A stretch of 63,251 nt of DNA, counting the filler. It is 5 parts of 5 records of this genome, joined end to end, with 100 filler letters (N's around TTAATTAATTAA, not from the genome) between each part and the next. Parts side by side here need not be neighbours in the genome. Positions count along the whole stretch, not along the records: positions 8,171 to 22,767 come from SRR20825006_765; 4 more parts are not named here. One strand, written 5' to 3'. The notes under the pieces are model-generated. The model did not search any database. It was not told the origin of the DNA and saw nothing but the letters and a program-made list of their open reading frames with translations. Position 1 is the first letter of the stretch, and each line of letters opens with the position of its first letter. This document shows positions 9,381 through 18,313 of the stretch, in pieces. The translations under genes were made by a program, and so were the position numbers.

Positions 9381-9731
9381 ATGTCATATATGTCATTGAT
9401 TTACAAGAATCCGTACGGTGCAGTCTTCACAATTTCTGATGCACCCAATCCTAAATGCAATTATCAATTGGTAATCGACTCGATGGGAATTTTTATGTCT
9501 AAAAAAGATATTTATTCCCTACTAAATATTGTGAGGTCTTATTTTCAGCCGTGTTACTGCGAAAATTGTCAAGGCAAACTACCTGATAAATTACACTTAC
9601 CTGACACCAATAGCGAACTCTGTCTTATGGTAGACCCGTTACTTTTAGCTGATTTTGAAGAACTTCTTGTAGGAGCTACGTTTCACATTGAAATGCAGGA
9701 AACTTTAAAGAATCATGAGATCGATTCTTGA
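9381..9731 (+). CDS. Hypothetical Cys-rich small protein (CYCENC)
   Basis: 116-aa ORF divergent from AraC, with a CxCxxC motif. Confidence 0.65.
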   Translation: MSYMSLIYKNPYGAVFTISDAPNPKCNYQLVIDSMGIFMSKKDIYSLLNIVRSYFQPCYCENCQGKLPDKLHLPDTNSELCLMVDPLLLADFEELLVGATFHIEMQETLKNHEIDS

Positions 9732-9761
9732 ACAGCTTTAGCGAAATGCTAGAGACTAAAT

Positions 9762-9795
9762 TCCGTTTGACGTATCTATTTCTCCGCCTCGCGTA
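9762..9795 (+). promoter_or_regulatory. Putative AraC operator 1 (direct repeat, 21-bp period)
   Basis: TCCGTTTGACGTA-N8-TCCGCCTCGCGTA, with a near-identical copy at 12123-12156. Confidence 0.7.
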
Positions 9796-9813
9796 TTTAG
9801 AACCATTCTAATT
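9795..9813. promoter_or_regulatory. Putative Fur box
   Basis: ATTTAGAACCATTCTAATT, 16/19 to the palindrome. Confidence 0.65.
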
Positions 9814-9858
9814 CCGTACATATTTGCAGCCTCAAAAAGTAAACTTTAATAACCTGCT

Positions 9859-10188
9859 ATGCTCAGCTTAAGTATTCTATTAACCGCTCTTGGCTTTTAT
9901 TCCTGCTACGGCACGTCAAAACGAGCTATGCTGCCAAAGGGCAATCCGGTAGTCCTATGGGCATCTTCAAATGCAAAAACCAGTAAATACTTAGGGCTAT
10001 TTTTGTTGACGCTTGGCCTTATTTTATGTGTGATCAATCTAGGGCTTGGATCCGGAAGTTTTTCTTTTCTCGTAATTCTAATGACCATCGCAAGCATTCA
10101 AGTGCTGATAGGGCCCTTATTTATTACCAATAGTAAACAACTGGCTGTAGTTTTTGTACTAGCGCTAATTCTTGAATTATTCTTATAA
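9859..10188 (+). CDS. Small membrane protein (DUF3325-like PepSY partner)
   Basis: Four hydrophobic segments, first gene upstream of the PepSY-TM gene. Confidence 0.65.
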   Translation: MLSLSILLTALGFYSCYGTSKRAMLPKGNPVVLWASSNAKTSKYLGLFLLTLGLILCVINLGLGSGSFSFLVILMTIASIQVLIGPLFITNSKQLAVVFVLALILELFL

Positions 10189-10190
10189 CT

Positions 10191-10469
10191 ATGCCGGCTA
10201 ACAAAAAACACCTCACCCGTTCCCCCTGGCAACGACTCGCTAAACTTATTGCCGGATTTGTAGGTGGCTATTGCATCACGCAACTGCTTTTTATGCTTAT
10301 TCTAAAATTTGCCGCCCCTACCGAAACACTGATCACGCTTCAGTATGCTGGTTTTGCGGTTTGGGTAACGCTCTTTTTAGTGGTCTATCTCGTTGAGAAC
10401 GGATATAAAATTCTAGCCCTATATGCATTACTCTGTGCGGTATTATATAGTCTCATCAATTTAATCTAA
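10191..10469 (+). CDS. Small membrane protein (DUF3649-like PepSY partner)
   Basis: K..AG..GGY motif, three TM segments, tightly spaced in the operon. Confidence 0.65.
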   Translation: MPANKKHLTRSPWQRLAKLIAGFVGGYCITQLLFMLILKFAAPTETLITLQYAGFAVWVTLFLVVYLVENGYKILALYALLCAVLYSLINLI

Positions 10470-10484
10470 CGCTAAACTCCTTCT

Positions 10485-12095
10485 ATGGGACAACGATTAT
10501 ACAATGTGTTTTTTCATACGCATACCATTAGTGGTATTATAATAAGCGCATTACTTTATGTTATCTTTTTTACGGGATCCATTTCATTTTTAAGAGATGA
10601 GATCAATGCTTGGGAACGCAATGAACCCATTAAGTCTACTTATTTTAGTACGATAGATTTCGATCAGGCCTTAAACGAATTGAGCACAGATAAGCCTTTA
10701 TATGGTAGAGACTTGATGTTCAACCACCGCTATTTTGAGCGCAGATTAGGGGCGACAATGACTAAATCTAAAGATACCACCATACAAGATGCACCTCAAC
10801 GCGGTCGTAGAGGAAACTTCTTTTATATGGATATGGATACCTTTAAAAAGGAAGATTACACTTCTAATTACAGTCTTGGAGAGTTCTTTTACAGGTTGCA
10901 TTTTTTTGCACAGCTTAATTTTTTTAGCAGATCAGGGTACTACCTTTCGGGCTTTGTTGCGTTTTTCTTTTTGTTTGCTGTGATCACCGGTGTTATAGTG
11001 CATTGGAAAAAGATCATTCCTAGCTTTTATGTATTCCGTCCTAAAGGAAAATGGAAAAATATCTGGACTGATGCTCACGTGGCCCTTGGGATGATTGGCT
11101 TGCCGTACCAGTTTATGTTTGCACTTACGGGTTGCTTCTTGATTATAGGCTATATGGTTATGTTTCCACCAGTGCAATCCTTTATTTATGGTGATGATGT
11201 ACAGGCTTTTACCAAGGATATTCAATATGAAGAAAACCCAACATATGAGTTTACGTACCAGCCGTTAGAAACTGTACCATCTATAAATGATTTCGTGGCC
11301 AGAACACTTAACAAATGGCCGGACATTAAGCTTACCGCGCTTGATGTCATTAACTACGGTGACCATAGTATGCATGTAAAGATTTATGGGGCGCCAGATT
11401 TTGACCAAAAGCTTTTAGGTACCGGTCATATCACTTATAGTGTTCAAGATGGTCAAGTGGTAAATACTAAAGATCCCTACGGAAAAATCTCTTATGCCGA
11501 AGGTTCACTCAATCTGCTGCGCAGGTTACATTATGGTGATTTTGGAGGTTACGGCATGAAACTTATTTACCTCCTACTTGGGTTTATTACATGTTTTGTA
11601 ATCCTAAGTGGTGTGCTCATTTGGCTTGTGGCCCGAGATAAAAAACATGTTGCCCCTGCAAAACGCATATTTAATAAATGGTTAGTTCATATTTATATGG
11701 CTGCCTGCCTGAGTCTATATCCTGTTACTGCAGCTACATTCACAGCGATCAAAGTTTTTGGTAGTGATCTAGGTGACACGCGCCAGACCTTTATATATCA
11801 CGTATTCTTTTACAGCTGGTTAGGCCTAAGCTTAGTTTTAATTGCGCTTAGAAATAATTACCTCATCAACAAAATTTGTCTCATTCTTGGCAGTATCCTA
11901 GCGCTATGTGTTCCTGTCGCCAACGGACTTGTAACCGGGAATTGGCCGTGGGTATCTTGGAGTTCAGGCTTCAGTCAGATTTTTGTGGTTGATCTCTTTT
12001 GGATCTTGATGAGTTTGAGCTCTATTGCTGTGGTCTTTAAACTGAATAATAAAGACGCTTCAAAAGCTTCAACTGTTAAACGCTCACAAGCATAA
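10485..12095 (+). CDS. PepSY-associated TM helix protein (putative ferric-siderophore reductase)
   Basis: FHTHTISG, YRLHF, DAHVALG and RRLHYG: conserved His residues in TM helices. Confidence 0.9.
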   Translation: MGQRLYNVFFHTHTISGIIISALLYVIFFTGSISFLRDEINAWERNEPIKSTYFSTIDFDQALNELSTDKPLYGRDLMFNHRYFERRLGATMTKSKDTTIQDAPQRGRRGNFFYMDMDTFKKEDYTSNYSLGEFFYRLHFFAQLNFFSRSGYYLSGFVAFFFLFAVITGVIVHWKKIIPSFYVFRPKGKWKNIWTDAHVALGMIGLPYQFMFALTGCFLIIGYMVMFPPVQSFIYGDDVQAFTKDIQYEENPTYEFTYQPLETVPSINDFVARTLNKWPDIKLTALDVINYGDHSMHVKIYGAPDFDQKLLGTGHITYSVQDGQVVNTKDPYGKISYAEGSLNLLRRLHYGDFGGYGMKLIYLLLGFITCFVILSGVLIWLVARDKKHVAPAKRIFNKWLVHIYMAACLSLYPVTAATFTAIKVFGSDLGDTRQTFIYHVFFYSWLGLSLVLIALRNNYLINKICLILGSILALCVPVANGLVTGNWPWVSWSSGFSQIFVVDLFWILMSLSSIAVVFKLNNKDASKASTVKRSQA

Positions 12096-12122
12096 ATCTA
12101 AAACTGAAACACTAGTATATAA

Positions 12123-12156
12123 TCCGTATGACGTAGCTCATTCTCCGCCTTGCGTA
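12123..12156 (+). promoter_or_regulatory. Putative AraC operator 2
   Basis: TCCGTATGACGTA-N8-TCCGCCTTGCGTA, followed by the Bacteroidota -7 element TAGCTTTG at 12179-12186. Confidence 0.7.
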
Positions 12157-12191
12157 GTTGAAATAAAAAGAATGCTCCTAGCTTTGCTCTA

Positions 12192-12210
12192 ATTTATATT
12201 CAATCTAAAT
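12192..12210. promoter_or_regulatory. Putative Fur box
   Basis: ATTTATATTCAATCTAAAT, 15/19, just downstream of the -7 element. Confidence 0.6.
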
Positions 12211-12219
12211 AACAACGTT

Positions 12220-12891
12220 ATGGAAACATATAAAAAATGGAGTACACAAGATTTAATAGAGCTTTCTAACCAGCTGGGATGTCCTTCAGGACCTCAGGGA
12301 ATAGCCGTTGCACGGCGCATGCAAGAATCAAATAAAGAAATGGTTATCAACGCGTTCAATGCGCTTGATGTACAACATAACAATAACATATTAGAATTGG
12401 GTCCGGGAAATGGTTGGCACCTTTCTCACGTATTAAAAAACAAAAAGAACCTCACCTATACAGGCCTCGATATTTCAACTTTAATGATCGAAGAAGCAAA
12501 AAAATACAATAGCACATTCGCTAAACAACAAGCACTAGAGTTTAAAGCCTATAATGGCAAACTCTTAGATTTTTCAGAAGCTGAATTTGATAAGATTATT
12601 GCTGTAAACACACTGTATTTCTGGCAAGAACCTACTAAAATAATCTCCCAACTTTATAAGCTTTTGAAAAAAGGTGGTGCACTGGTGTTAGGTTATGCAG
12701 AACGCAAATTTATGGAGCAGTTGCCTTTTACTCAGCATGGGTTTGAGCTTTATGATTCAGTAGAGCTATTAAGCCTTTTGGAAAAGTGCGGCTTCTCTAA
12801 TTTTCAACTAAAAGTGCATACAGATTCAGTCTTGAGTAAAATGGGAACCGCAGTAGAACGCGATTATACCATTCTCAAGGTTACTAAATAA
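12220..12891 (+). CDS. Class I SAM-dependent methyltransferase
   Basis: ILELGPGNG (motif I), GLDIS..M, FDKIIAVNTLYFW, LKKGG.LVL. Confidence 0.9.
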   Translation: METYKKWSTQDLIELSNQLGCPSGPQGIAVARRMQESNKEMVINAFNALDVQHNNNILELGPGNGWHLSHVLKNKKNLTYTGLDISTLMIEEAKKYNSTFAKQQALEFKAYNGKLLDFSEAEFDKIIAVNTLYFWQEPTKIISQLYKLLKKGGALVLGYAERKFMEQLPFTQHGFELYDSVELLSLLEKCGFSNFQLKVHTDSVLSKMGTAVERDYTILKVTK

Positions 12892-12923
12892 TTCAATTTT
12901 CAACAATCAATTTACGACGCCAT

Positions 12924-15284
12924 ATGTCTAAACAACTACGCAATCTTGTGATTGCTTTTACCTTAGTGCTCATCGGTGTAGCAGGTAATGCTCAAAATGT
13001 GATCACAGGTAAAATCTTGGATCAAAATCAAGAACCTATTCCCGGAGCTACTGTTTTAATCAAGAATACCACCACCGGTACTTTAACCGCAGACAATGGT
13101 TCGTACCAATTAAAATCATCGCAAAAAGGCAGGTTTACTTTAGAAGCTTCTTTTATGGGCTTTAAAACATTTAGCAAAGCGATCGAACTTACAGGAAATA
13201 CGCAATTAACGCTAAACATTACGCTCGAAGAAGCTACAAACGCTCTTGATGAAGTTACGGTTACAGGAAAAAGCGTGGTTCAGCAAGTGCGTGATAAAGC
13301 CTTTAACGTAAGTGTAGTGGACACAAAAAAGTTGAGCAACACCACTTTAGATTTGGGTCACGCTCTAGACAAAGTGAGCGGGGTGCGCGTGCGTGAAAAC
13401 GGAGGAGTTGGATCACAAATGAATTTTTCGATAAACGGATTCAGAGGAAGACAGATCAAATTTTTTCTTGATGGAATTCCTATGGAAAATTTCGGCTCAG
13501 CATTTCAACTGAATAATATTCCTGTAAATCTCGCTAATCGCATAGAAGTCTATAAAGGTGTAGTACCCATTGGTCTGGGTGCTGATGCATTAGGAGGAGC
13601 GGTTAATATTGTTACCAATTCGTATACGCAGAATCATCTAGAAGCATCCTATTCTTACGGCTCATTTAATACCCATAGAAGCACTGTGAATGCCATTTAT
13701 GTTTCAGATTCTGGTTTTACCGCTCAGGTCAACGCATTTCAAAATTATTCTGATAACACCTATAAAGTTGACGTAGATGTCGCTGATATCAATACAGGAG
13801 AGTATTACCCTAATCAAGAAGTAGAGCGCTTTAATGATCAGTATCATAACGAGACTGCTATTATAAATGTTGGGGTGGTTAATAAATCGTATGCAGATCA
13901 GCTCTTGTTAGGGGTTACTTTAGGCAAAAGTTATCAGGAAATTCAAACCGGAGCACGTTTGGTAAGTGTTTTTGGAGGCTGGCACCGTAGAGCCAATATT
14001 GTGATGCCAAGTTTAAAATATAAGAAGGATGATTTTATCATTAAGAAATTAAATGCGCGTATTAGTGCCAACTACAACCTAGGCTCTGAACAAAATATTG
14101 ATACGCTAAACCGCAGATACAACTGGTTAGGGCAGTTTAAAGAATATGATGGTGCCGGTGGTGAGCGCTCCTACTCCTTGTACAAGTATCGCAATAATAA
14201 TGGTATTGCTACAGCGTCTTTTGATTACAAAATAGATGACCATCAAACTATTGCTTTAAGCAACACCTTTAACACCTTTAACCGAAAAGGAGAAGACGAG
14301 GCCAACCCTGACAATGATCGTTATGATGAACCCAGAAAAACGATGAAAAACGTATTGGGGCTTGGTTATACTTATGAGCAAGAGAACTGGAATGCTTCGG
14401 TATTTATGAAGAATTTCTTTCAGCAAAATGAGTTTACTGCTTCTTACAATCCTACGGGTAACTATGGTGATGTGGCGTATTACAATACCATCAATACTTT
14501 TAACCATATAGGTTATGGTACTGCACTAACCTATTTCTTACATAAGAATCTTCAGTTTAAAGCTTCGTTTGAAAAAACATACAGACTTCCAGCAGCTAAC
14601 GAACTTTTTGGGGATGTGATCAACCTTCAGGGTAATACAGATCTTAAACCAGAATACAGTTACAACTATAACTTAGGTACGAGCTATTGGCTAACTTTTA
14701 AGCAGGATCTCATCAATTTTAATCTGAACACGTTTTACCGCGATGCTAGCGACTTTATTCGTCCTGAACTTAATCAAAACCAGACGATGCAGGTAATGGG
14801 CAATCTTGCCAGCGTTACCAATGCAGGTATCGAAAGTGAAATACGCTATCAGCACGGCAAATCTTTTGCTGCCGGTCTTAGCGTCACCTATCAAGAGCTC
14901 AGAAATGATACCCGTTTTGTGGGAGATCAGACTGTAGAAAGCATCGTATACCGCGACAGAATTCCCAATATGCCTTACCTCTACGGAAATGCTGATGCTA
15001 ACTATACTTTTTTTAACGTCTTAAGAAAGGACGACAATTTCAATATAGGGTATAACCTGCTTTATGTGCACGAGTTCTATTTGTACTGGCCTAGTCAGGG
15101 AAGTGAAAAACTGGTTATCCCAGAACAGCTAGCGCACGATGTAACCCTTACCTACACGCTTAACAAAAAACTGCAGTTCACGCTGGAGTGCCGAAATATA
15201 ACCGATCGCAACCTCTATGATAATTTCTCATTGCAGAAACCCGGTCGTGCATTCTTCGGAAAAATCAAATACACAATTCTATAA
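12924..15284 (+). CDS. TonB-dependent receptor (XusA-like, siderophore class)
   Basis: Signal peptide, CarboxypepD-like N-domain, LDEVTVTG TonB box, plug (RIEVYKG...GADALGGAVNIVT), C-terminal beta-strand PGRAFFGKIKY. Confidence 0.92.
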   Translation: MSKQLRNLVIAFTLVLIGVAGNAQNVITGKILDQNQEPIPGATVLIKNTTTGTLTADNGSYQLKSSQKGRFTLEASFMGFKTFSKAIELTGNTQLTLNITLEEATNALDEVTVTGKSVVQQVRDKAFNVSVVDTKKLSNTTLDLGHALDKVSGVRVRENGGVGSQMNFSINGFRGRQIKFFLDGIPMENFGSAFQLNNIPVNLANRIEVYKGVVPIGLGADALGGAVNIVTNSYTQNHLEASYSYGSFNTHRSTVNAIYVSDSGFTAQVNAFQNYSDNTYKVDVDVADINTGEYYPNQEVERFNDQYHNETAIINVGVVNKSYADQLLLGVTLGKSYQEIQTGARLVSVFGGWHRRANIVMPSLKYKKDDFIIKKLNARISANYNLGSEQNIDTLNRRYNWLGQFKEYDGAGGERSYSLYKYRNNNGIATASFDYKIDDHQTIALSNTFNTFNRKGEDEANPDNDRYDEPRKTMKNVLGLGYTYEQENWNASVFMKNFFQQNEFTASYNPTGNYGDVAYYNTINTFNHIGYGTALTYFLHKNLQFKASFEKTYRLPAANELFGDVINLQGNTDLKPEYSYNYNLGTSYWLTFKQDLINFNLNTFYRDASDFIRPELNQNQTMQVMGNLASVTNAGIESEIRYQHGKSFAAGLSVTYQELRNDTRFVGDQTVESIVYRDRIPNMPYLYGNADANYTFFNVLRKDDNFNIGYNLLYVHEFYLYWPSQGSEKLVIPEQLAHDVTLTYTLNKKLQFTLECRNITDRNLYDNFSLQKPGRAFFGKIKYTIL

Positions 15285-15309
15285 ACAACAACTCTTAATT
15301 AAGTAAACA

Positions 15310-16566
15310 ATGAAAAAAGAAAAATTAATCTTTGGAACTTTAGGTCTTTTGGGCTTGCTATTTACAGCTTGTGATAGCAATGATGACGGTACATCTCCTG
15401 AGAATCCTGAAACCGGTGTTGAATCAAAATACATCATTACTGCTACGCCTACTGCGGCAGGTTCAGAAGGTGTTGCCGATTATATTTTAACTACAGATGC
15501 AATCACTGAAGGTTCTATAAGTACTGCCGGAAACGGTATCGAACAAGATGGTACATACAGATATTACATCACAACCAATAACAAATTCTTCAGTATGCTT
15601 TACGGTCAGGGGAATCCTGGTGCGGTAACTTCATACGAATTGAACGCTGAAGGTTCGCTTGAGAAATTATCTGATTTTCAATCTGAAACTGTTCAGGCAT
15701 TTGCTGCTGTAGATGACGAAATCTTGTTGATCAAAATTTCAAGAAATGCAGATTCTCCTATCGCTTCTTGGTATCGTTTTGATACAAATACTTTACAATT
15801 TGTTGCTGAAGGGCAAATCAACACACAAGAACTGGCTGATAAAGAATCTGGCGAATTAGCTTTCTTTACTTGGATAACGCAGGTGGGCGATAAAGTTTAC
15901 CTACCTTATTTCACAATGAAAGGATGCTGTAGTGATTCTTTTGGAACCATCTATCCTAACGAAGCAAACATTGCAGTTTATTCTTATCCAGAAATGGAAT
16001 ATGAGACCACTATTCACGATGAGCGTACCAGCTTTATTGGGCGTTATTTCGTAAACGGATTAAGCGTTGATGAGAATGGAGATGCTTATGCATTTTCTTC
16101 ATCGGTAGCTACAACAAACGGCGAACTCTCTTCTACTTTACCTTCTGCGGTAACTCGTATTCCTAGCGGAAGTACTGAATTTGACGATTACTACTTCAAC
16201 ATAGAGGAAGCGAGTGGCGGCTTGTATGTTACAGACCAAGTCTATGTAGGAAACGGTAAATTTGTGGGAATTATGGCTGCTGAAAGAACATCTGCTTACG
16301 CCAGCGGAAATCAGTATGCCATTATTGATGTTTATAATCAAACTGTAACTCCTGTAAGTGGTACACCAAATCCTGAAACTGTAGTGCTTACTTCAAGCAA
16401 AAGCAACTACGTTTCTGACGATAAAAGCACTGTAAGCGTAGGAATCACCACAGAAACCGGAAGCTGGATCTATAATATTGATGTAGCAAGTGCAACGGCT
16501 ACTCAAGGTAAAGAGGTTGTAGGTGGTACCATTACCGCTATTAGTAAACTTGATGTTGTTGAATAA
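15310..16566 (+). CDS. DUF4374 surface lipoprotein (XusB-like)
   Basis: Lipobox LFTAC, G.EQDGTYRYY, beta-rich sequence. Directly follows the TonB receptor. Confidence 0.8.
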   Translation: MKKEKLIFGTLGLLGLLFTACDSNDDGTSPENPETGVESKYIITATPTAAGSEGVADYILTTDAITEGSISTAGNGIEQDGTYRYYITTNNKFFSMLYGQGNPGAVTSYELNAEGSLEKLSDFQSETVQAFAAVDDEILLIKISRNADSPIASWYRFDTNTLQFVAEGQINTQELADKESGELAFFTWITQVGDKVYLPYFTMKGCCSDSFGTIYPNEANIAVYSYPEMEYETTIHDERTSFIGRYFVNGLSVDENGDAYAFSSSVATTNGELSSTLPSAVTRIPSGSTEFDDYYFNIEEASGGLYVTDQVYVGNGKFVGIMAAERTSAYASGNQYAIIDVYNQTVTPVSGTPNPETVVLTSSKSNYVSDDKSTVSVGITTETGSWIYNIDVASATATQGKEVVGGTITAISKLDVVE

Positions 16567-16591
16567 TTGATAATGCCACAATAACACGTAG

Positions 16592-16618
16592 AAAAGCAGG
16601 CTTAGGCCTGCTTTTTTT
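16592..16618. terminator. Intrinsic terminator
   Basis: AAAAGCAGGC-TTAG-GCCTGCTTTTTTT. Confidence 0.9.
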
Positions 16619-16695
16619 ATGTCGCAAATTTTGAGTTTTAAAATAAGTTTTCACAAGGAACCACGCACGCTTTGGCTACAGTGATCAAGCTGTGA

Positions 16696-17076
16696 TTAAG
16701 TCAAACATTCTTCACACAAGCCGGTTAGCAGCAAAGAAGCTGACTCAATCTTGACATTGGGAACTTTAGGGATGGTCACATCCAGCGGCAAACATGTAGT
16801 CTTTCCGCATTGAACACATTGAAAGTGCGGATGCATATCTGTATGATGCTCGGTCGAGCAGCCTTGACACTGCGCATACCATTTTAAGCCATCTTTTCCT
16901 TGAAACGAATGCAAAAGCCCTTCATCTTCTAACCGGTCTAAAATACGGTACACTGTGGTTTTATTCATCTCTTGATCTAATCTGTTTACCAGATCAACCA
17001 CAGACAAGGCCTCCCCGGCTTGCTTCATTACTTCAAGCAGCGTGTGTACAGATTTTGTCTTTCTAACAATTGCCAT
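16696..17076 (-). CDS. Fur-family regulator (Zur-like)
   Basis: NKTTVYRIL..L, H.HF.CxxC and C-terminal CxxC. Confidence 0.88.
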   Translation of the reverse strand: MAIVRKTKSVHTLLEVMKQAGEALSVVDLVNRLDQEMNKTTVYRILDRLEDEGLLHSFQGKDGLKWYAQCQGCSTEHHTDMHPHFQCVQCGKTTCLPLDVTIPKVPNVKIESASLLLTGLCEECLT

Positions 17077-17077
17077 A

Positions 17078-17143
17078 TTGCAAATTTATTGCAATTAGGT
17101 TGCATTGACAACCAAATTATTTACTTTTGCAACTCAATTGCAA
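17078..17143. promoter_or_regulatory. Three TTGCAA-N5-TTGCA palindromes (putative operator of the adjacent Fur-family protein)
   Basis: Copies at 17078-17094, 17089-17105 and 17127-17143. The last overlaps the -7 element TACTTTTG (17122-17129). Confidence 0.65.
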
Positions 17144-17200
17144 TAAGGAATTAAATGTGCCCTTAGTGCAAAACGTATCAGTCCTTATTAATTCAATATT

Positions 17201-17869
17201 ATGAAAAACACTGACCTCGAGCTTTTAGAAGCCATTGGAGATTCACACTACTCTGATAATGTAGATACTCCACTGCGCCCGGATGCCTTTGTAAAATCTG
17301 ACGAAGAGAAAATTGAAGCCATTCAAAAGCATTTTAAAAAAATCATGGAAGAATTAGGTCTCGATATCACAGACGACAGTCTTTCGGGGACACCGTATCG
17401 CGTAGCCAAGATGTATGTGAAAGAATTGTTTTATGGGCTGAACCCTGCTAACAAACCCAAGCTTTCAACATTCAACAATAAATATGGTTATCGTAAAATG
17501 CTTGTGGAACAAAACATCAGTATAGACTCTGCCTGCGAGCATCATTTTTTACCCATTACCGGCTTTGCTCACGTGGGTTATATTCCTGAGGAAAAGGTAA
17601 TAGGGCTTTCTAAAATCAACCGTTTGGTGAATTATTATGCACACCGCCCGCAGGTACAGGAACGCTTGTGCTTACAGATCCTAAAAGATTTACAAGAAAC
17701 GCTCAATACCCAAAGCGTGATCGTAATGATCAATGCCGAACATCTCTGCGTTTCTTCCCGCGGAATCAAAGACAAAACCAGTTCTACCATTACTGTAGAA
17801 TATGGCGGCGCCTTTGAAAATACTGAAATCCGTAATGAGTTTTTGGCTTGCTTGAACCATATAGAATAA
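17201..17869 (+). CDS. folE: GTP cyclohydrolase I (type IA)
   Basis: TP.RVAKMY, CEHH, GLSKINR, RPQVQERL, HLC..SRG. Confidence 0.95.
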   Translation: MKNTDLELLEAIGDSHYSDNVDTPLRPDAFVKSDEEKIEAIQKHFKKIMEELGLDITDDSLSGTPYRVAKMYVKELFYGLNPANKPKLSTFNNKYGYRKMLVEQNISIDSACEHHFLPITGFAHVGYIPEEKVIGLSKINRLVNYYAHRPQVQERLCLQILKDLQETLNTQSVIVMINAEHLCVSSRGIKDKTSSTITVEYGGAFENTEIRNEFLACLNHIE

Positions 17870-17886
17870 CCTTCAAAGAACAACTG

Positions 17887-17973
17887 ATGATCACAAAAGA
17901 AGACGTGTTAAGCGCACAGAAATATTGGGGCGCAGGAGTAGTAAAAATAGATACATTAAAAACAATTCAATGA
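17887..17973 (+). pseudogene. 28-aa [31 protein letters not shown], probable N-terminal remnant of a COG4337-like protein
   Basis: Translated by hand. Its stop overlaps the next ATG (ATGA). IT.E.V..AQ..WG..[IV]V.I resembles COG4337 N-termini as I recall them. Confidence 0.5.
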
Positions 17974-18308
17974 AAGAAAAATACTTTGATATGATCGGCG
18001 TGTATGCCGCCTTTCTATGCCTTATTCACTGTGTGTTGGCTCCCGTACTGTTTCTACTTCCGTTAGGATTTTCGCACAATCCCATAATTGACCTTAGCTT
18101 TTTAACCATTGGGATTTTTCCGGTAATAAAAGTGATGCGCAGCGCAGCGCCTCTGTATATTAAAGTGCTCCTGGCCATTTCCTGGGTTGCTGTATTGGTA
18201 GCGGTCTTGTTAGAAAGCGTATTCCATCAAGAATCTGTTTTGATCTTTTTTGGTGCCGGCGGACTCATCACCGGGCATCTTATCAATTATAGCAACCACA
18301 AACATTAA
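17970..18308 (+). CDS. MerC-domain membrane protein
   Basis: D.IG..A..LCLIHC..P, four TM segments, terminal GH..N and His. Confidence 0.8.
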   Translation: MKEKYFDMIGVYAAFLCLIHCVLAPVLFLLPLGFSHNPIIDLSFLTIGIFPVIKVMRSAAPLYIKVLLAISWVAVLVAVLLESVFHQESVLIFFGAGGLITGHLINYSNHKH

Positions 18309-18313
18309 GGATT

